A stretch of 32,326 bases of DNA from Olavius algarvensis Gamma 3 endosymbiont (GCA_001735895.1 DS021198.1:1406045-1438370); one strand, 5' to 3'; shown: positions 17,105-26,786, numbered from the stretch's first letter. Notes: generated by a model not told the origin, from the sequence alone. Program-made: numbers and translations.

Positions 17105-18067
17105 TCATCTGGTATCCGGGTCGTTGACCATCGAATCGACCACGGCGGTCCAGCCTTGGGCAATATTGTCGTGATTGTAACCGCCGCCGCCCATCGCCAG
17201 CATTCGTCCCGCGCAATAGTCATCCGCGATTTTGCGTAAACTTGCCGCTGCGTGCGCATGTGAAGCCGGGCTGAATTCCATGTTGGTAATCGGATCGCCC
17301 TTGATGCTGTCGGCGCCGCATTGCAGCAATATGAATTCCGGTTCGTGCTTACGCAGGTAGCTTTCGATGATTGGCCACACTTCCTCGAATACTGAATCAT
17401 CGGAAAAGGGCGGCACCGGGACATTGAGCTTGGTGCCTTCGGCTTCGCCGACGCCGGTTTCGTTGACGAAGCCGGTGCCCGGATAAAGGGTGCGGCCGTC
17501 CTGATGAATGTCGGCGAAAATGAGATCGGGGTCGTCTTCGAAACTGTAAAACACGCCATCGCCGTGATGCGCGTCGATGTCGATATAGGCTACCCGTTTG
17601 ATGCCGTATTGCTCACGCAGGTATTCGATTGCGATGCCGCAATCGTTGAACACGCAAAACCCGGCGGCGACGTGTCGGCGGGCATGGTGCAGCCCGGCTA
17701 TGGGAGAAAACGCGCGCTTGAATTCGCCCTTCATGATGCGATCGATCGCGTCGGTTACCGATCCGGCAACATGACTTGCGGCTTCGAACATGCCAACGAA
17801 CGATGGCGTGTCGCCGCCATCGAGATAGCCGTGTCCGCTGATCGAGAAGTCCCGCACCTTGTCGATATAGTCGCCGGTATGAAACAATTCGATGAGGTCA
17901 CTGGTGGCCGCTACCGGGGTTTGAATAGCCAGTTGTTTATCCAGGCCCCGGCGTATCAACTCGGCCTGGAAGGAATCGTGGCGTTGCGGGCCGAACGGAT
18001 GTCCGTCCTTGAAACCATAGTCGGCGAGGGCCTGTCCGAGGTAGATGCAGGTGTCTTTTGAAGACAT
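17105..18067 (-). CDS. histone deacetylase-family amidohydrolase (AcuC / acetylpolyamine aminohydrolase-like)
   Basis: 320-aa product with HDAC-family motifs ...GFCVFNDCGIAIEYL...VAYIDIDAHHGDGV... (zinc ligands D, H, D). Confidence 0.85.
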   Translation of the reverse strand: MSSKDTCIYLGQALADYGFKDGHPFGPQRHDSFQAELIRRGLDKQLAIQTPVAATSDLIELFHTGDYIDKVRDFSISGHGYLDGGDTPSFVGMFEAASHVAGSVTDAIDRIMKGEFKRAFSPIAGLHHARRHVAAGFCVFNDCGIAIEYLREQYGIKRVAYIDIDAHHGDGVFYSFEDDPDLIFADIHQDGRTLYPGTGFVNETGVGEAEGTKLNVPVPPFSDDSVFEEVWPIIESYLRKHEPEFILLQCGADSIKGDPITNMEFSPASHAHAAASLRKIADDYCAGRMLAMGGGGYNHDNIAQGWTAVVDSMVNDPDTR

Positions 18068-18153
18068 GGAAGAGTACCGGTTAGCTAAACAGACCCATTA
18101 AAGACCATCTCCGGTGGGTGGGTCAAATCCGTGTTCTTAAATCAGCCAAGCGG

Positions 18154-18531
18154 CTAATCCTCGTCCTGTCCGATTACCCATTGATGATCGCATTTCTGAC
18201 AGCGCGCATAAATTGGCCAGGCATCTCCCCGCACCTCGAACAGCCCGTATTTACCGCAATGGCTGCAGGTGGCGGAACTGGCGCATTGCTGCGCGAATGA
18301 AAACTGCATCCAGAAACGGCGAAACAACTCGATCGCAGCCAGGCCGATGCCATACAAAACCACCAGCGAAATTAGGGTGAAGATACCGGAAAGATTTTTG
18401 CCGACAAACTCGACAATCGCAGCAAACAGGAAACCGCACATTAGGCAACTGAGCAGCCAGGCAAAGCTCAAATAAAGCTGTTTTTCATGCCAGCGGTTGA
18501 ATTTTTGATGTTGCATGAGCCGGTTATGCAT
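18154..18531 (-). CDS. small membrane protein with a C-terminal CxxC...CxxC zinc ribbon
   Basis: Two hydrophobic helices (FAWLLSCLMCGFLFAAIV, IFTLISLVVLYGIGLAAI), then CSHCGKYG...CQKCDH. Lies 86 nt upstream of the HDAC gene on the same strand. Confidence 0.45.
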   Translation of the reverse strand: MHNRLMQHQKFNRWHEKQLYLSFAWLLSCLMCGFLFAAIVEFVGKNLSGIFTLISLVVLYGIGLAAIELFRRFWMQFSFAQQCASSATCSHCGKYGLFEVRGDAWPIYARCQKCDHQWVIGQDED

Positions 18532-19292
18532 GCTTCCGTCCTGGGCCGTTGATTATATTCCTGTTGTCGGCAATTTTCCGGCAATATTTAAATTTGCCGA
18601 TTTGCCCATATATATCATTGAATTGCTTCATTTTTTTCGTTTCCGTCATTGCTTTAACTGAGAAATGAACTAGAAACAACGCTAGGTGAAGCGCCCACAA
18701 CAATAAGGAGATGCGCCATGCTAATGGTATTTTTATCAGCCGCGGCATTGATAGTTGCAGCAGTAGTTTCGCGTCGCAGTCTTTCCGGCCGACCGGCTAT
18801 CGACCGCGCTATCAAGAGCTCGTTGGTGATCTTTGCCATTATCGGCTTTCTGTCGCGGTCGTTCGTGATCGTCGATGGCGATGAAATTGGAGCACTCAAG
18901 CGCATCTACCTGGGTGACGAATTGCCGTCGGGACGTATTATCGCACTCGACGGTCAAAAGGGTCCGCAGGCTGAAATACTCGGACCGGGGTTTCATTTGA
19001 TTCCATTCGTGCGGGTACTGTTCGAGGTCGAGTTTTTCCCGGTGCAGGAAGTCCCCGAAGGCCAGTACGGCTTGCTGGTGAGCAACGACGGCCGCTCGAT
19101 CGACGAAGGGGCCTACCTCGCCAGTCCGTGGTTCGAAGGTAAAGAGGAAGACATGTTGAATGCGACCTATTTCCTCGAAAACGGCGGCCAGAAAGGGCCG
19201 CAGTTTAACGTGCTGAAGCCGGGTAAATACCGTCTCAACCCGTATTTGTTCAAGATAAACAAGCTGCTGGCGACCGACGTTCCCACCGGGCA

Positions 19293-19310
19293 GATTCTGT
19301 TGAAAAACTC
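19293..19310. repeat. IS left terminal inverted repeat
   Basis: Perfect 18-bp reverse-complement match with 20850-20867. Confidence 0.8.
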
Positions 19311-19371
19311 TCGATTATGACTCGGCCATGAGATAATCGAGTTCGGTATCCACTTCATTAGGAAGTCTCCC

Positions 19372-20739
19372 ATGATGGGACAACTACCGGCGCAGCAGAA
19401 CGCATTGTTTTACGAGTTTTGCCTGGAAAAGCACATTCCAGACGAGCATCTTCTCCGCCAGATAGATCAGTTTCTCGACTTTGATCAAACCCGTGTCCAC
19501 CTTGACCCCTTTTATAGCCATACCGGCAGGCCGTCGATTGATCCTGAGCTCATGATTCGGATGTTATTGGTCGGCTATTGTTACGGCATCCGGTCAGAGC
19601 GACGGTTATGTGACGAGATCCGATACAACCTGGCCTACCGTTGGTTCTGTCGTTTGGGTTTGGAAGATAAAGTACCGGATCATTCAACATTTTCCAAGAG
19701 CCGGCATGGCCGCTTCCGGGATGCTGACCTGCTGAGACTGGTCTTTGATACGGTGGTGCAGCGCTGTAACGATGAAGGGCTCATCAAAGGCGAAGGCTTC
19801 GCCACCGATGCCAGCTATATCAAAGCCGATGCTTCCCGGCAGCGTATGGCCGATGGTCCGGTTGACTGGCAACCATCACCCACACAGTCACGGGCGGTAA
19901 GAGAATATCTGGATGCGCTAGACAACGATCCTTCAGCAACAAGAACACAGAAGAAAGTGTCTACCACCGATCCGATGGCACAGTGGGCGGGCGACAAAGG
20001 ACCAGGCCAGTTTTATTACAGCACCAATTACCTGATCGATATTGAACACAATGTCATCATGGATGTCGAGCCTACACCGGCTTATCGAATCGCTGAGGTC
20101 AGTAGCACTCGAACCATGATTGACCGGGTCGAAGAGAAACTGGCAATCAAACCTGAACGACTCATAGCCGATACCTCTTATGGCTCTGCGGAGATGCTGG
20201 ATTGGGTGGTGGAGCAAAAACAGATAGAGCCGCATATTCCGGTTTGGGATAAGTCTCACGGTAAACCGGGCATGTTTGGTCGGGCTGCATTCACCTGGGA
20301 TAACGAAGCCGATTGTTATTATTGCCCGGCGAACAAGCTACTGAGATGCAGAAATCGCCCATTCAAAAAACCGCGTTCACCCGTTACCAAAGCCAACACG
20401 ATTATCTATCGCTCAAGTCAGCATGACTGTAAAACCTGCGAACTTAAATATACTAGCCACAGAAAGATCGCCCGTAGTATCTATGAATCATCTCGTGACG
20501 TTGCCAGGGATATTTGCGAGACCACGGAATATTTACAATCCAGGAAAGACAGAAAAAAGGTTGAAGTGCTGTTCGCCCATCTTAAGCGAGTAATGAACTT
20601 TGACCGTTTACGATTGCGCGGTATCACTGGCGCACATGACGAATTTTTACTGGCAGCCACAGCGCAAAACCTGAAGAAGTTGGCGCAACAACGATTTAAA
20701 CCGCCTGATTACAGGATAGGTGCGCCTGCTTTATGCTAA
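19372..20739 (+). CDS. IS5-superfamily (IS1182-like) DDE transposase
   Basis: 455-aa product with an InsH-type N-terminal region (…LLRQIDQFLDFDQTRVHLDPFYSHTGRPSIDPELMIRMLLVGYCYGIRSERRLCDEIRYNLAYRWFC…), a DDE core, and a C-terminal Cys cluster (CYYCPANKLLRCRNRPF…CKTC). Confidence 0.85.
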   Translation: MMGQLPAQQNALFYEFCLEKHIPDEHLLRQIDQFLDFDQTRVHLDPFYSHTGRPSIDPELMIRMLLVGYCYGIRSERRLCDEIRYNLAYRWFCRLGLEDKVPDHSTFSKSRHGRFRDADLLRLVFDTVVQRCNDEGLIKGEGFATDASYIKADASRQRMADGPVDWQPSPTQSRAVREYLDALDNDPSATRTQKKVSTTDPMAQWAGDKGPGQFYYSTNYLIDIEHNVIMDVEPTPAYRIAEVSSTRTMIDRVEEKLAIKPERLIADTSYGSAEMLDWVVEQKQIEPHIPVWDKSHGKPGMFGRAAFTWDNEADCYYCPANKLLRCRNRPFKKPRSPVTKANTIIYRSSQHDCKTCELKYTSHRKIARSIYESSRDVARDICETTEYLQSRKDRKKVEVLFAHLKRVMNFDRLRLRGITGAHDEFLLAATAQNLKKLAQQRFKPPDYRIGAPALC

Positions 20740-20849
20740 ATCCGATCAAAAGCAACTAAACCAGAACAAAATCCACGAAAAATGTGGATTACCGAAGTGA
20801 TCCAATCATCGCCGTGATTTGGTGCGCGGAAATCGGCCATTTAATAACC

Positions 20850-20867
20850 GAGTTTTTCAACAGAATC
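20850..20867. repeat. IS right terminal inverted repeat
   Basis: Perfect 18-bp reverse-complement match with 19293-19310. Confidence 0.8.
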
Positions 20868-21981
20868 GGCATGTCGCGGTCATTCGCAGCAATATCAAGA
20901 CGACCACGGAAGTTTGCCCGGATCCGGCCAAATCGTTTGGCACCGCCGATAAGAGTGTCGCCCTGCCGCTGGTGCCCAAGGGTTGCGTTGGCGTCTGGGA
21001 AGAGCCGATTCCGCCGGGCCGTTATTACCTCAATGAAAAAGCGTTTGTTACCACCATCATTCCGACGCGGTTGCAGACTTGGGTTTATAAGGGTGGTTAT
21101 ACCGCGCGCCGCATCAACCTGACGGTATCCGACGAAGGCAAGATTCAGCAAAAGGAAGTCTCGGAAGTGATCGCCGTGCCGAAAAACGCCGCCGACCGCG
21201 CCATCAATGTGCGCGTCGAGGGCTGGACCGTGCCGGTCGAAATGCGCGTCGTGGTCGCGGTGAATCCGGCAAACGCGGCCAAGGTAGTTGCCTCGGTAGG
21301 CGGCTTGAAGCAGGTTGAAGACAACATCATCACGCCGGTGATTCGCGATATCCTGCGCACCATCGGCGGTCATCGCGGCCGCAAGGTGCTAGATCTGGTA
21401 GAAAAGCGAGCCGAAATTGTCGCCGAAGTAGAGAAGGCGATCGTGCCGGAAGGTTTGAAGGCGGGAGTTACCATCCAGGAAGTTCGCATGGGTGAACCGG
21501 CAATTCCGCCCGAGCTTTTAGTGGCCACGCTGCGTGAACAATTGGCGATCCAGCTGCAGGCGACCTATAAGAAGGAACAGGATGCGCAACGCGAACGGAT
21601 CAAGGTCGAGCGCGAGCGCGCGACCGCCGATCAGCAGAAAGAGCTGGTGGCGGCCGAAATCCGTAAAAAGGCCGCCGAATTCACCAAGGAGCAACTGCGT
21701 TTGCTGGGTGAAGGTGAAAAGCTGAAGCTGCTCGAAATTGCCAAGGGTCAGGAGGCGCAGGCGCTGGTGCTGGGCAAGGAAGCCGCGTTGCAGCTAGCGG
21801 CGCTGGAAAAAGCGCTTGAAGCCGCCAAGGAGAATCACCGTATCGTCAAGGTGCCGACCGTGCAGGTCATCGGCGGCGAGGCCGGCAGTTTCGAAGGCGC
21901 CGCGGCAATTCTCGGTTCGTCCAATATCATCCAGGCCTTGCAGGGACTCGATAAAAAAGAGGCCAAGCAATAGTTAAAACA

Positions 21982-22010
21982 AGCTAGTCGTCCGCGACTA
22001 GCTGTTTGTG
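21982..22010 (+). terminator. rho-independent terminator after the flotillin-like gene
   Basis: AGCTAGTCG tccg CGACTAGCT (9-bp stem) followed by GTTTGTG, 8 nt after the stop codon. Confidence 0.6.
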
Positions 22011-22229
22011 CAGCAGGCGATCGGTCTGATACCGAAGGAGAATTCCCGCCGTTGTTGCAGCGGATCGAGCCCGAGTTTCGAAAAAGCATCCTCGGTAGCG
22101 TTTGCGCTGGTTATATCTTCCGGCGGCAGGCCTCGATTTCGCCTCGGTTTATCGGCGCCGGACGCGACTATTACAAATCGATTGGCGTATGCAGTCAATG
22201 ATAACAATTCATGATATCTTTGCCGCCGA

Positions 22230-22886
22230 ATGAACAAGCCGATAATTCAAATTACCAGCGAGCCGATCGGCGTCGGACAGGAGCGCGCCTGTTATCAGCA
22301 TCCCGATGACGATGGCAAGGTGATTAAAATCCAGAAAGGGGACGGTGACAAGCAAACCCGGCGCGAACTCAGGTTATACAAGACCCTGGCACGGCGCGAT
22401 TTCAGTGATTTCACCCATATCCCACGCTACCATGGCAGGGTCGCGACCAATCTGGGCGAGGGTTATGTGGTGGACAAGATAGCCGACTACGATGGTGCGG
22501 TTTCCAAGTCCCTGTGGTGGCATTTCGAGCGCGGTTATCCGGTGGCCGAGTTCGAGCCTTATCTCGATCAGCTCAAACAATACCTGCTCGACAATTTGAT
22601 CGTGTTTAGCGCCGACATGGGGCGTTACAACATCCTGTTTCAGAAAGTATCGGCAGGACAGGCGCGCTTGGTGGTTATCGACGGTCTGGGAAACCACACG
22701 GCGATCAACTGGTTCGACAATAATAATTACTTTGCGCAGGGTAAAATCAATCGCCGCTGGCGGCGTTTTATTGCGCGGTTACGCGGATACTCGGCGGAAA
22801 TGATGCGCGCTTACGACGCCCAGCCGAAAATGCTGGATGCGGCCTACCGCAAAACGGGATCGCCAAATGGAGAACTCCGGCAATAA
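22230..22886 (+). CDS. YrbL-family (PhoP regulatory network) kinase-like protein
   Basis: 218-aa product MNKPIIQITSEPIGVGQERACYQHPDDDGKVIKIQKG... ...LVVIDGLGN... resembles the YrbL/PhoP_reg family, whose fold is related to Kdo/LPS kinases. Confidence 0.6.
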   Translation: MNKPIIQITSEPIGVGQERACYQHPDDDGKVIKIQKGDGDKQTRRELRLYKTLARRDFSDFTHIPRYHGRVATNLGEGYVVDKIADYDGAVSKSLWWHFERGYPVAEFEPYLDQLKQYLLDNLIVFSADMGRYNILFQKVSAGQARLVVIDGLGNHTAINWFDNNNYFAQGKINRRWRRFIARLRGYSAEMMRAYDAQPKMLDAAYRKTGSPNGELRQ

Positions 22887-22960
22887 CAGTTTACTGATTT
22901 GCGCTGGCCCTCGCCGATAGCAGGCATCCGCGCGCATCTACGCGAGCGAGTCATCCGGGC

Positions 22961-22978
22961 GCGCCGCGTAGGCGGCGC
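22961..22978 (+). terminator. possible terminator hairpin between the convergent yrbL-like and dksA-like genes
   Basis: GCGCCGC gtag GCGGCGC stem-loop followed by taagacTTTTcg on the plus strand. It overlaps the stop of the minus-strand gene. Confidence 0.3.
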
Positions 22979-23343
22979 TAAGACTTTTCGCTGGCAGATT
23001 GACAATTCAGGCATAGATCGGCAAAGGGTTGAACCTGCAGACGTGCAAACGTTATGGGCTCCTCGCATTGCTGGCAGTAACCGTATGCATCGCTGGCGAT
23101 GCGCTGCAGCGCGCGTTCGATTCGTTTTACCATTCGGGTCGTCTGTTGTTGATTGGCAAGCGCCATCTGCTGCTGCTGGATCGCGTCGATGCGCGACACC
23201 CGGCCGACCGATTGCTGGTCGAGCGTCACCGGTTTTGCGGCTGTGGCTGCCTGTGCGAGCTGCAATTCGAGTTCGCTTTTTTGAGTTTCGAGCAGCGCCA
23301 GCAACTCGTCGATCTGGCCTTGCTCGAGTTCGGGTGCGAACAC
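22978..23343 (-). CDS. DksA/TraR-family C4-type zinc-finger protein
   Basis: 121-aa product with an N-terminal coiled-coil region and C-terminal CQQCEEPI…CLNC (DksA/TraR C4 zinc finger). Its start lies 3 nt after the stop of the upstream GT2 gene. Confidence 0.65.
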   Translation of the reverse strand: MFAPELEQGQIDELLALLETQKSELELQLAQAATAAKPVTLDQQSVGRVSRIDAIQQQQMALANQQQTTRMVKRIERALQRIASDAYGYCQQCEEPITFARLQVQPFADLCLNCQSASEKS

Positions 23344-23346
23344 GGC

Positions 23347-24183
23347 TTAGTTTTCCCCCGACGCTTTGCCCGGATTCGGCTCGATGCCGTAGTCGGTGCG
23401 CGTAACCCGATGTTCGCGCGTATATTTGCGGATGCTTCGATTCTTCGCGATCGACTCAGGGCGTGCATACCCGCGACCGTGATCGAGATGTACGCAGCTG
23501 CAACGATAGCGCACTTGCCGGGTTTTGAGGCCCAAGTTCATCAAGCGTTCGCCGAATTCGCGGTCCTGACCGCCATATTGCATGCGCTCGTCGAAGCCGT
23601 TGGTTTCGATAAAATGTTTTTTCCAGGTCGAAGAACTGTGCCCGTTCCAGGTGGCGCGCGTAATCGTCAAGGCGTCCAGGATCGCGCCCAGCAGCGGATG
23701 AGAATAGAGTTTTGCAATTTTCGGCGTGAAGGCTACGCCATGACGCAATAACCAGCCGGGCCGGGTGCAGTCGCCGCTGAGGATGTCCTGCTTGGAAATT
23801 GCGCGCGAGACATCGAGCGGCAGCTTGAAATAACCGCCCGACAAGAGGGTGTTTTCCGCCGCAAGCGTAACGTGGTTTTGGACGAATTCAGGGTGCGGGA
23901 TGCAGTCACCGTCGGTAAAGATCAGATACTCGCCGCGGCTCGCGACTATGGCTTTATTCATGATCCGGCATTTCTGAAAACCGTCATCCGCCTGCCAAAT
24001 GTGTTGAATCGGAATATCGATCTCAGTCTTGAGCCGCTCGACGACTTCACGCGTCTCTTCATTCGAGCCATCGTCGGCGACGATGATTTCGAAGTCGCGG
24101 TAGGACTGTGCCGAGAAGCCCCACAGGGTTTTTTCGAGCCACCGCGGATGGTTATAGGTTGTGAAGATTACCGAGGCAAACAT
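23347..24183 (-). CDS. glycosyltransferase family 2
   Basis: MFASVIFTTYNHPRWLEKTL…IIVADDGS…LIFTDGDC (GT-A DxD region). The start overlaps the stop of the upstream GT4 gene (TGATG). Confidence 0.8.
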   Translation of the reverse strand: MFASVIFTTYNHPRWLEKTLWGFSAQSYRDFEIIVADDGSNEETREVVERLKTEIDIPIQHIWQADDGFQKCRIMNKAIVASRGEYLIFTDGDCIPHPEFVQNHVTLAAENTLLSGGYFKLPLDVSRAISKQDILSGDCTRPGWLLRHGVAFTPKIAKLYSHPLLGAILDALTITRATWNGHSSSTWKKHFIETNGFDERMQYGGQDREFGERLMNLGLKTRQVRYRCSCVHLDHGRGYARPESIAKNRSIRKYTREHRVTRTDYGIEPNPGKASGEN

Positions 24184-25307
24184 CAACTGCACTCCGCGTA
24201 AATCGATTCCAGCCTGGCGCATTGGCGGCGCACATCGAAATCCTTCTCTACCCGTTCTCTGCCGGCAATTCCCATTTTGCGACGCAGGCTTGAATCTTCC
24301 AGCAGCTGCGCGATATTTTGCGTTAGCCCGGCCACGTCCTTTTCACCGCTCAACAAGGCCGTCCTACCCTCGTCAACCGCTTCGACCAGGCCTCCGCTGC
24401 GGAAACTGACCACCGGGGTTTGCAGCGCCTGGGCCTCGAGGAATACCATGCCAAGCCCCTCCGCGTCACCGCTCTCGGCGGTGATGCTGGGCGCGACAAA
24501 TAGCCAGCATCGCGCCAATTGCTGTCTAATTTCGGCGGCGCTGGCGGTGCCGGCGAATTCGACATTCAATTTTCGCTCCGATGCCTCCTGTTGCAGCACA
24601 GGTTTTAAATCGCCCTCGCCGATGATGGTGAGCCTCAGTTCAGGGAATCGTGGTTTCAATTGCTCCATCGCCTGCAGTAAATAGGTGCAGCCCTTTTTTT
24701 CCACCAGGCGCCCGACGAACAGCAGCGAGGGGTCGGCGGTTTCGTTTTTTTGCTGGGTAAATTTTTCCAGATCAATACCGATGTAATGTTGGACCAGTTT
24801 CGTCTTGGGGCAGCCGCGCGCGAGGGCCTGCTCGGCGATAAATTTGGATACGGCGATTACGCGATCGACCCGCTCGAAAAATCTTTGCGTCCGCCCACCG
24901 GCAAGTTTTGCGTTTTCGTATTTGGTGATGTCATGGCCATGAACCGTGGTGATGACCGGTAATTCGAGCTGCCTGCCCAACTGCAGTGCGTCGATGCCGT
25001 CGTTAAAAAAATGCGCATGAATCAGCTTAGGATGATACTGCTCGATTGCGCTAAGCCATCGCCGGTTGGCCGATAATCCCATGCGTAAGGCAAGCTTGCT
25101 GAGGGCCGGCGTCCGGCTAAACTCGGAAAGCAGAGCATGCGGTGCGTTTTCGATCATTGCCAGCCCCGAGGTATCCTCGCCAAAACCGCAAAAAACCGCC
25201 TGCATACCGGGAAGCAACAGCCCCTGATCGGCGATAAAGGTCTCCGAATAGGAAAGCAGGCGCTTACGAAATATAACCACACTGGGAGTCATGTATTTCT
25301 CAATCAA
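24183..25307 (-). CDS. glycosyltransferase family 4 (group 1 glycosyltransferase)
   Basis: 374-aa product with the GT-B C-terminal domain and an E-x7-E motif region (…GDAEGLGMVFLEAQALQTPVVS…). Confidence 0.8.
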   Translation of the reverse strand: MIEKYMTPSVVIFRKRLLSYSETFIADQGLLLPGMQAVFCGFGEDTSGLAMIENAPHALLSEFSRTPALSKLALRMGLSANRRWLSAIEQYHPKLIHAHFFNDGIDALQLGRQLELPVITTVHGHDITKYENAKLAGGRTQRFFERVDRVIAVSKFIAEQALARGCPKTKLVQHYIGIDLEKFTQQKNETADPSLLFVGRLVEKKGCTYLLQAMEQLKPRFPELRLTIIGEGDLKPVLQQEASERKLNVEFAGTASAAEIRQQLARCWLFVAPSITAESGDAEGLGMVFLEAQALQTPVVSFRSGGLVEAVDEGRTALLSGEKDVAGLTQNIAQLLEDSSLRRKMGIAGRERVEKDFDVRRQCARLESIYAECS

Positions 25308-25344
25308 TCCCGAATCTGAGAATCGAGGGTAAATTGTCGACCTA

Positions 25345-26343
25345 TTACGAGCATTTCAGACCCCTGCGAATTTTCCGAATTGCCAGTCGCATCTTGACAT
25401 ATCGGCTGAGCGATCGCAGATCCAGTTTATCTTTCAGGATCAGCCAGGGCAGTTGGATTTTCCACTTTTGGCAGCGTTGTTCGAGCACGGTTAATACTTC
25501 CCGGGCTTGATCCGGCGGCAGTTTGCGGGATTCGCGTGCGAGCTGAGTCATGGTGCGCACCATCAGGTTTTTGTGGGCTCGCAAATGAATCCGATTGCGG
25601 GCGAATTGCGCGGTGTCTTCGACTGCGCCAAGCCAGTCGAGATAAGAGCCCGACGAGAATTTGCGACCGGTTGATCCACTATCGTGATTGCGATACCGGT
25701 AGACGTTTTTATCGAGCAGAAATAACGATCTGGCATGCGCGAATACTTCACTACAGTAAAACAAATCCTGGGCCATGCGTACCCCCTCCGGAAACCGGAA
25801 GGCGCCTAGATGTTCACGCCGAAAAAGCTTGCCCCAAGGGTGCCCTCGTACCTTGTCGTGTTGGTACAGGGTGGTCAATACAGCATCGTTTTCCACAAGT
25901 TTCGGATGGCCGACGTTATACCTCGCCCCGGTTTCACGAGCCGCGGTAAAGATCGTGTTATTACCCTTGACTATGTCGACGTTAAACGCTTCGGCCGCCC
26001 GGTATAAGTCGGAAAATGCCCGCGGCGGCAGTACATCGTCGGGGTCTACGAACATGAAGTATTTGCCCGCGGCGCTCGCCAGTCCGCGATTGCGGGAGAT
26101 ACTGACGCCCATATTGGTCTCATTTTCGAAATAGCTAAAATCTGCAGCATGGTCCTTGATCCAATTACGGCATATCTCCCCGCTATTATCCGGAGAGCAA
26201 TCGTTAATCAGGATAACTTCATATGACGCGCCAAAATCCTGCCGCGCGATACTGTCAAGGCACTCTTGGACATAATCCGCAACCTTGTATACGGGTACGA
26301 TCACAGAAATGGCCGGGATGTCGCTGGTGCTACTTGCTTGCAT
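25345..26343 (-). CDS. glycosyltransferase family 2 (with a long C-terminal extension)
   Basis: MQASSTSDIPAISVIVPVYKVADYVQECLDSIARQ…ILINDCSPD…FVDPDD is the canonical GT2 N-terminus. Confidence 0.8.
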   Translation of the reverse strand: MQASSTSDIPAISVIVPVYKVADYVQECLDSIARQDFGASYEVILINDCSPDNSGEICRNWIKDHAADFSYFENETNMGVSISRNRGLASAAGKYFMFVDPDDVLPPRAFSDLYRAAEAFNVDIVKGNNTIFTAARETGARYNVGHPKLVENDAVLTTLYQHDKVRGHPWGKLFRREHLGAFRFPEGVRMAQDLFYCSEVFAHARSLFLLDKNVYRYRNHDSGSTGRKFSSGSYLDWLGAVEDTAQFARNRIHLRAHKNLMVRTMTQLARESRKLPPDQAREVLTVLEQRCQKWKIQLPWLILKDKLDLRSLSRYVKMRLAIRKIRRGLKCS

Positions 26344-26697
26344 TATTGCCGATCCGACATGGTTGGCGTAATTTTACAATCACCGATTTTGGCCCCTAAC
26401 AGCGGTAATAACACTCCGATAAACATGGTAGCCGATTTCCCCTTGAAACGATCTTTCGCGATACGACCCACGCGGTAATTTACGCTGATAAAAATAATTG
26501 CGGGTATCAGATTTAACATAGGCGACGCCGAAAGCGCGTAGGTTATCACAGGCACCCAGATTTTTTACCCATGCTGTTTTCCGGCGACGGCGATTTCGCT
26601 TTACTCGTGTTCGAGCCGAACCATCAATCGTCTTAAACCTCAGCTACCGCCGGCGATCGGTTACTGCTCGGAAATTGATCCAGGTCAATTAATTCGG

Positions 26698-26725
26698 CTT
26701 GAAATTGAGCACCTAATCCTTAGGT
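26698..26725 (+). promoter_or_regulatory. candidate sigma-32 (heat-shock) promoter for hsp20
   Basis: CTTGAAA, a 13-nt spacer, then CCTTAGGT (consensus CTTGAAA-N13/14-CCCCATNT), about 62 nt upstream of the hsp20 ATG. Confidence 0.3.
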
Positions 26726-26786
26726 AATCGTGCGCATAAAAGGTCGTTCTTCATGAACGCCGTAATCAATTGACTAGGAGACCGCT

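Larger units (their letters stand above)
19293..20867 (+). mobile_element. complete IS element, IS5 superfamily (size and transposase most consistent with the IS1182 family), 1575 bp, 18-bp perfect terminal IRs, 4-bp target-site duplication GGCA
   Basis: IRL 19293-19310 GATTCTGTTGAAAAACTC is the exact reverse complement of IRR 20850-20867. Flanking direct repeats GGCA sit at 19289-19292 and 20868-20871. Additional subterminal inverted motifs TTCGGTATCCAC and GTGGATTACCGAA are present. Confidence 0.8.
18718..21973 (+). pseudogene. SPFH/band-7 (flotillin-like) membrane protein gene interrupted by an IS insertion; fragments 18718..19292 and 20868..21973
   Basis: The N-terminal fragment has a TM helix plus SPFH start (…FVIVDGDEIGALKRIY…). 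The C-terminal fragment is SPFH plus a long Ala/Glu/Lys coiled coil (…KEQDAQRERIKVERERATADQQKELVAAEIRKKAAEF…). Removing 19293..20867 and one GGCA copy restores a continuous frame (…LATDVPTGHVAVIRSNIKTT…). Confidence 0.8.

Noticed and set aside
18524-18748. 74-aa minus-strand ORF between the Zn-ribbon membrane gene and the flotillin gene
   Set aside because: It overlaps the AT-rich divergent promoter region and the flotillin start. No support.
19322-20855. Apparent 22-bp imperfect direct repeat (tcggccatgagataatcgagtt / tcggccatttaataaccgagtt) at the two IS ends, first considered as a long target duplication
   Set aside because: The alignment shifts once the true 18-bp terminal inverted repeats (19293-19310 and 20850-20867) and the 4-bp GGCA duplication are recognised. 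The similarity is just part of the imperfect subterminal inverted region.
26343-26555. 70-aa minus-strand ORF whose stop overlaps the GT2 start (TAATG); possible small hydrophobic leader peptide
   Set aside because: There is no recognisable family, and it sits in the AT-richer promoter/leader zone. Kept only as a possibility, not annotated.
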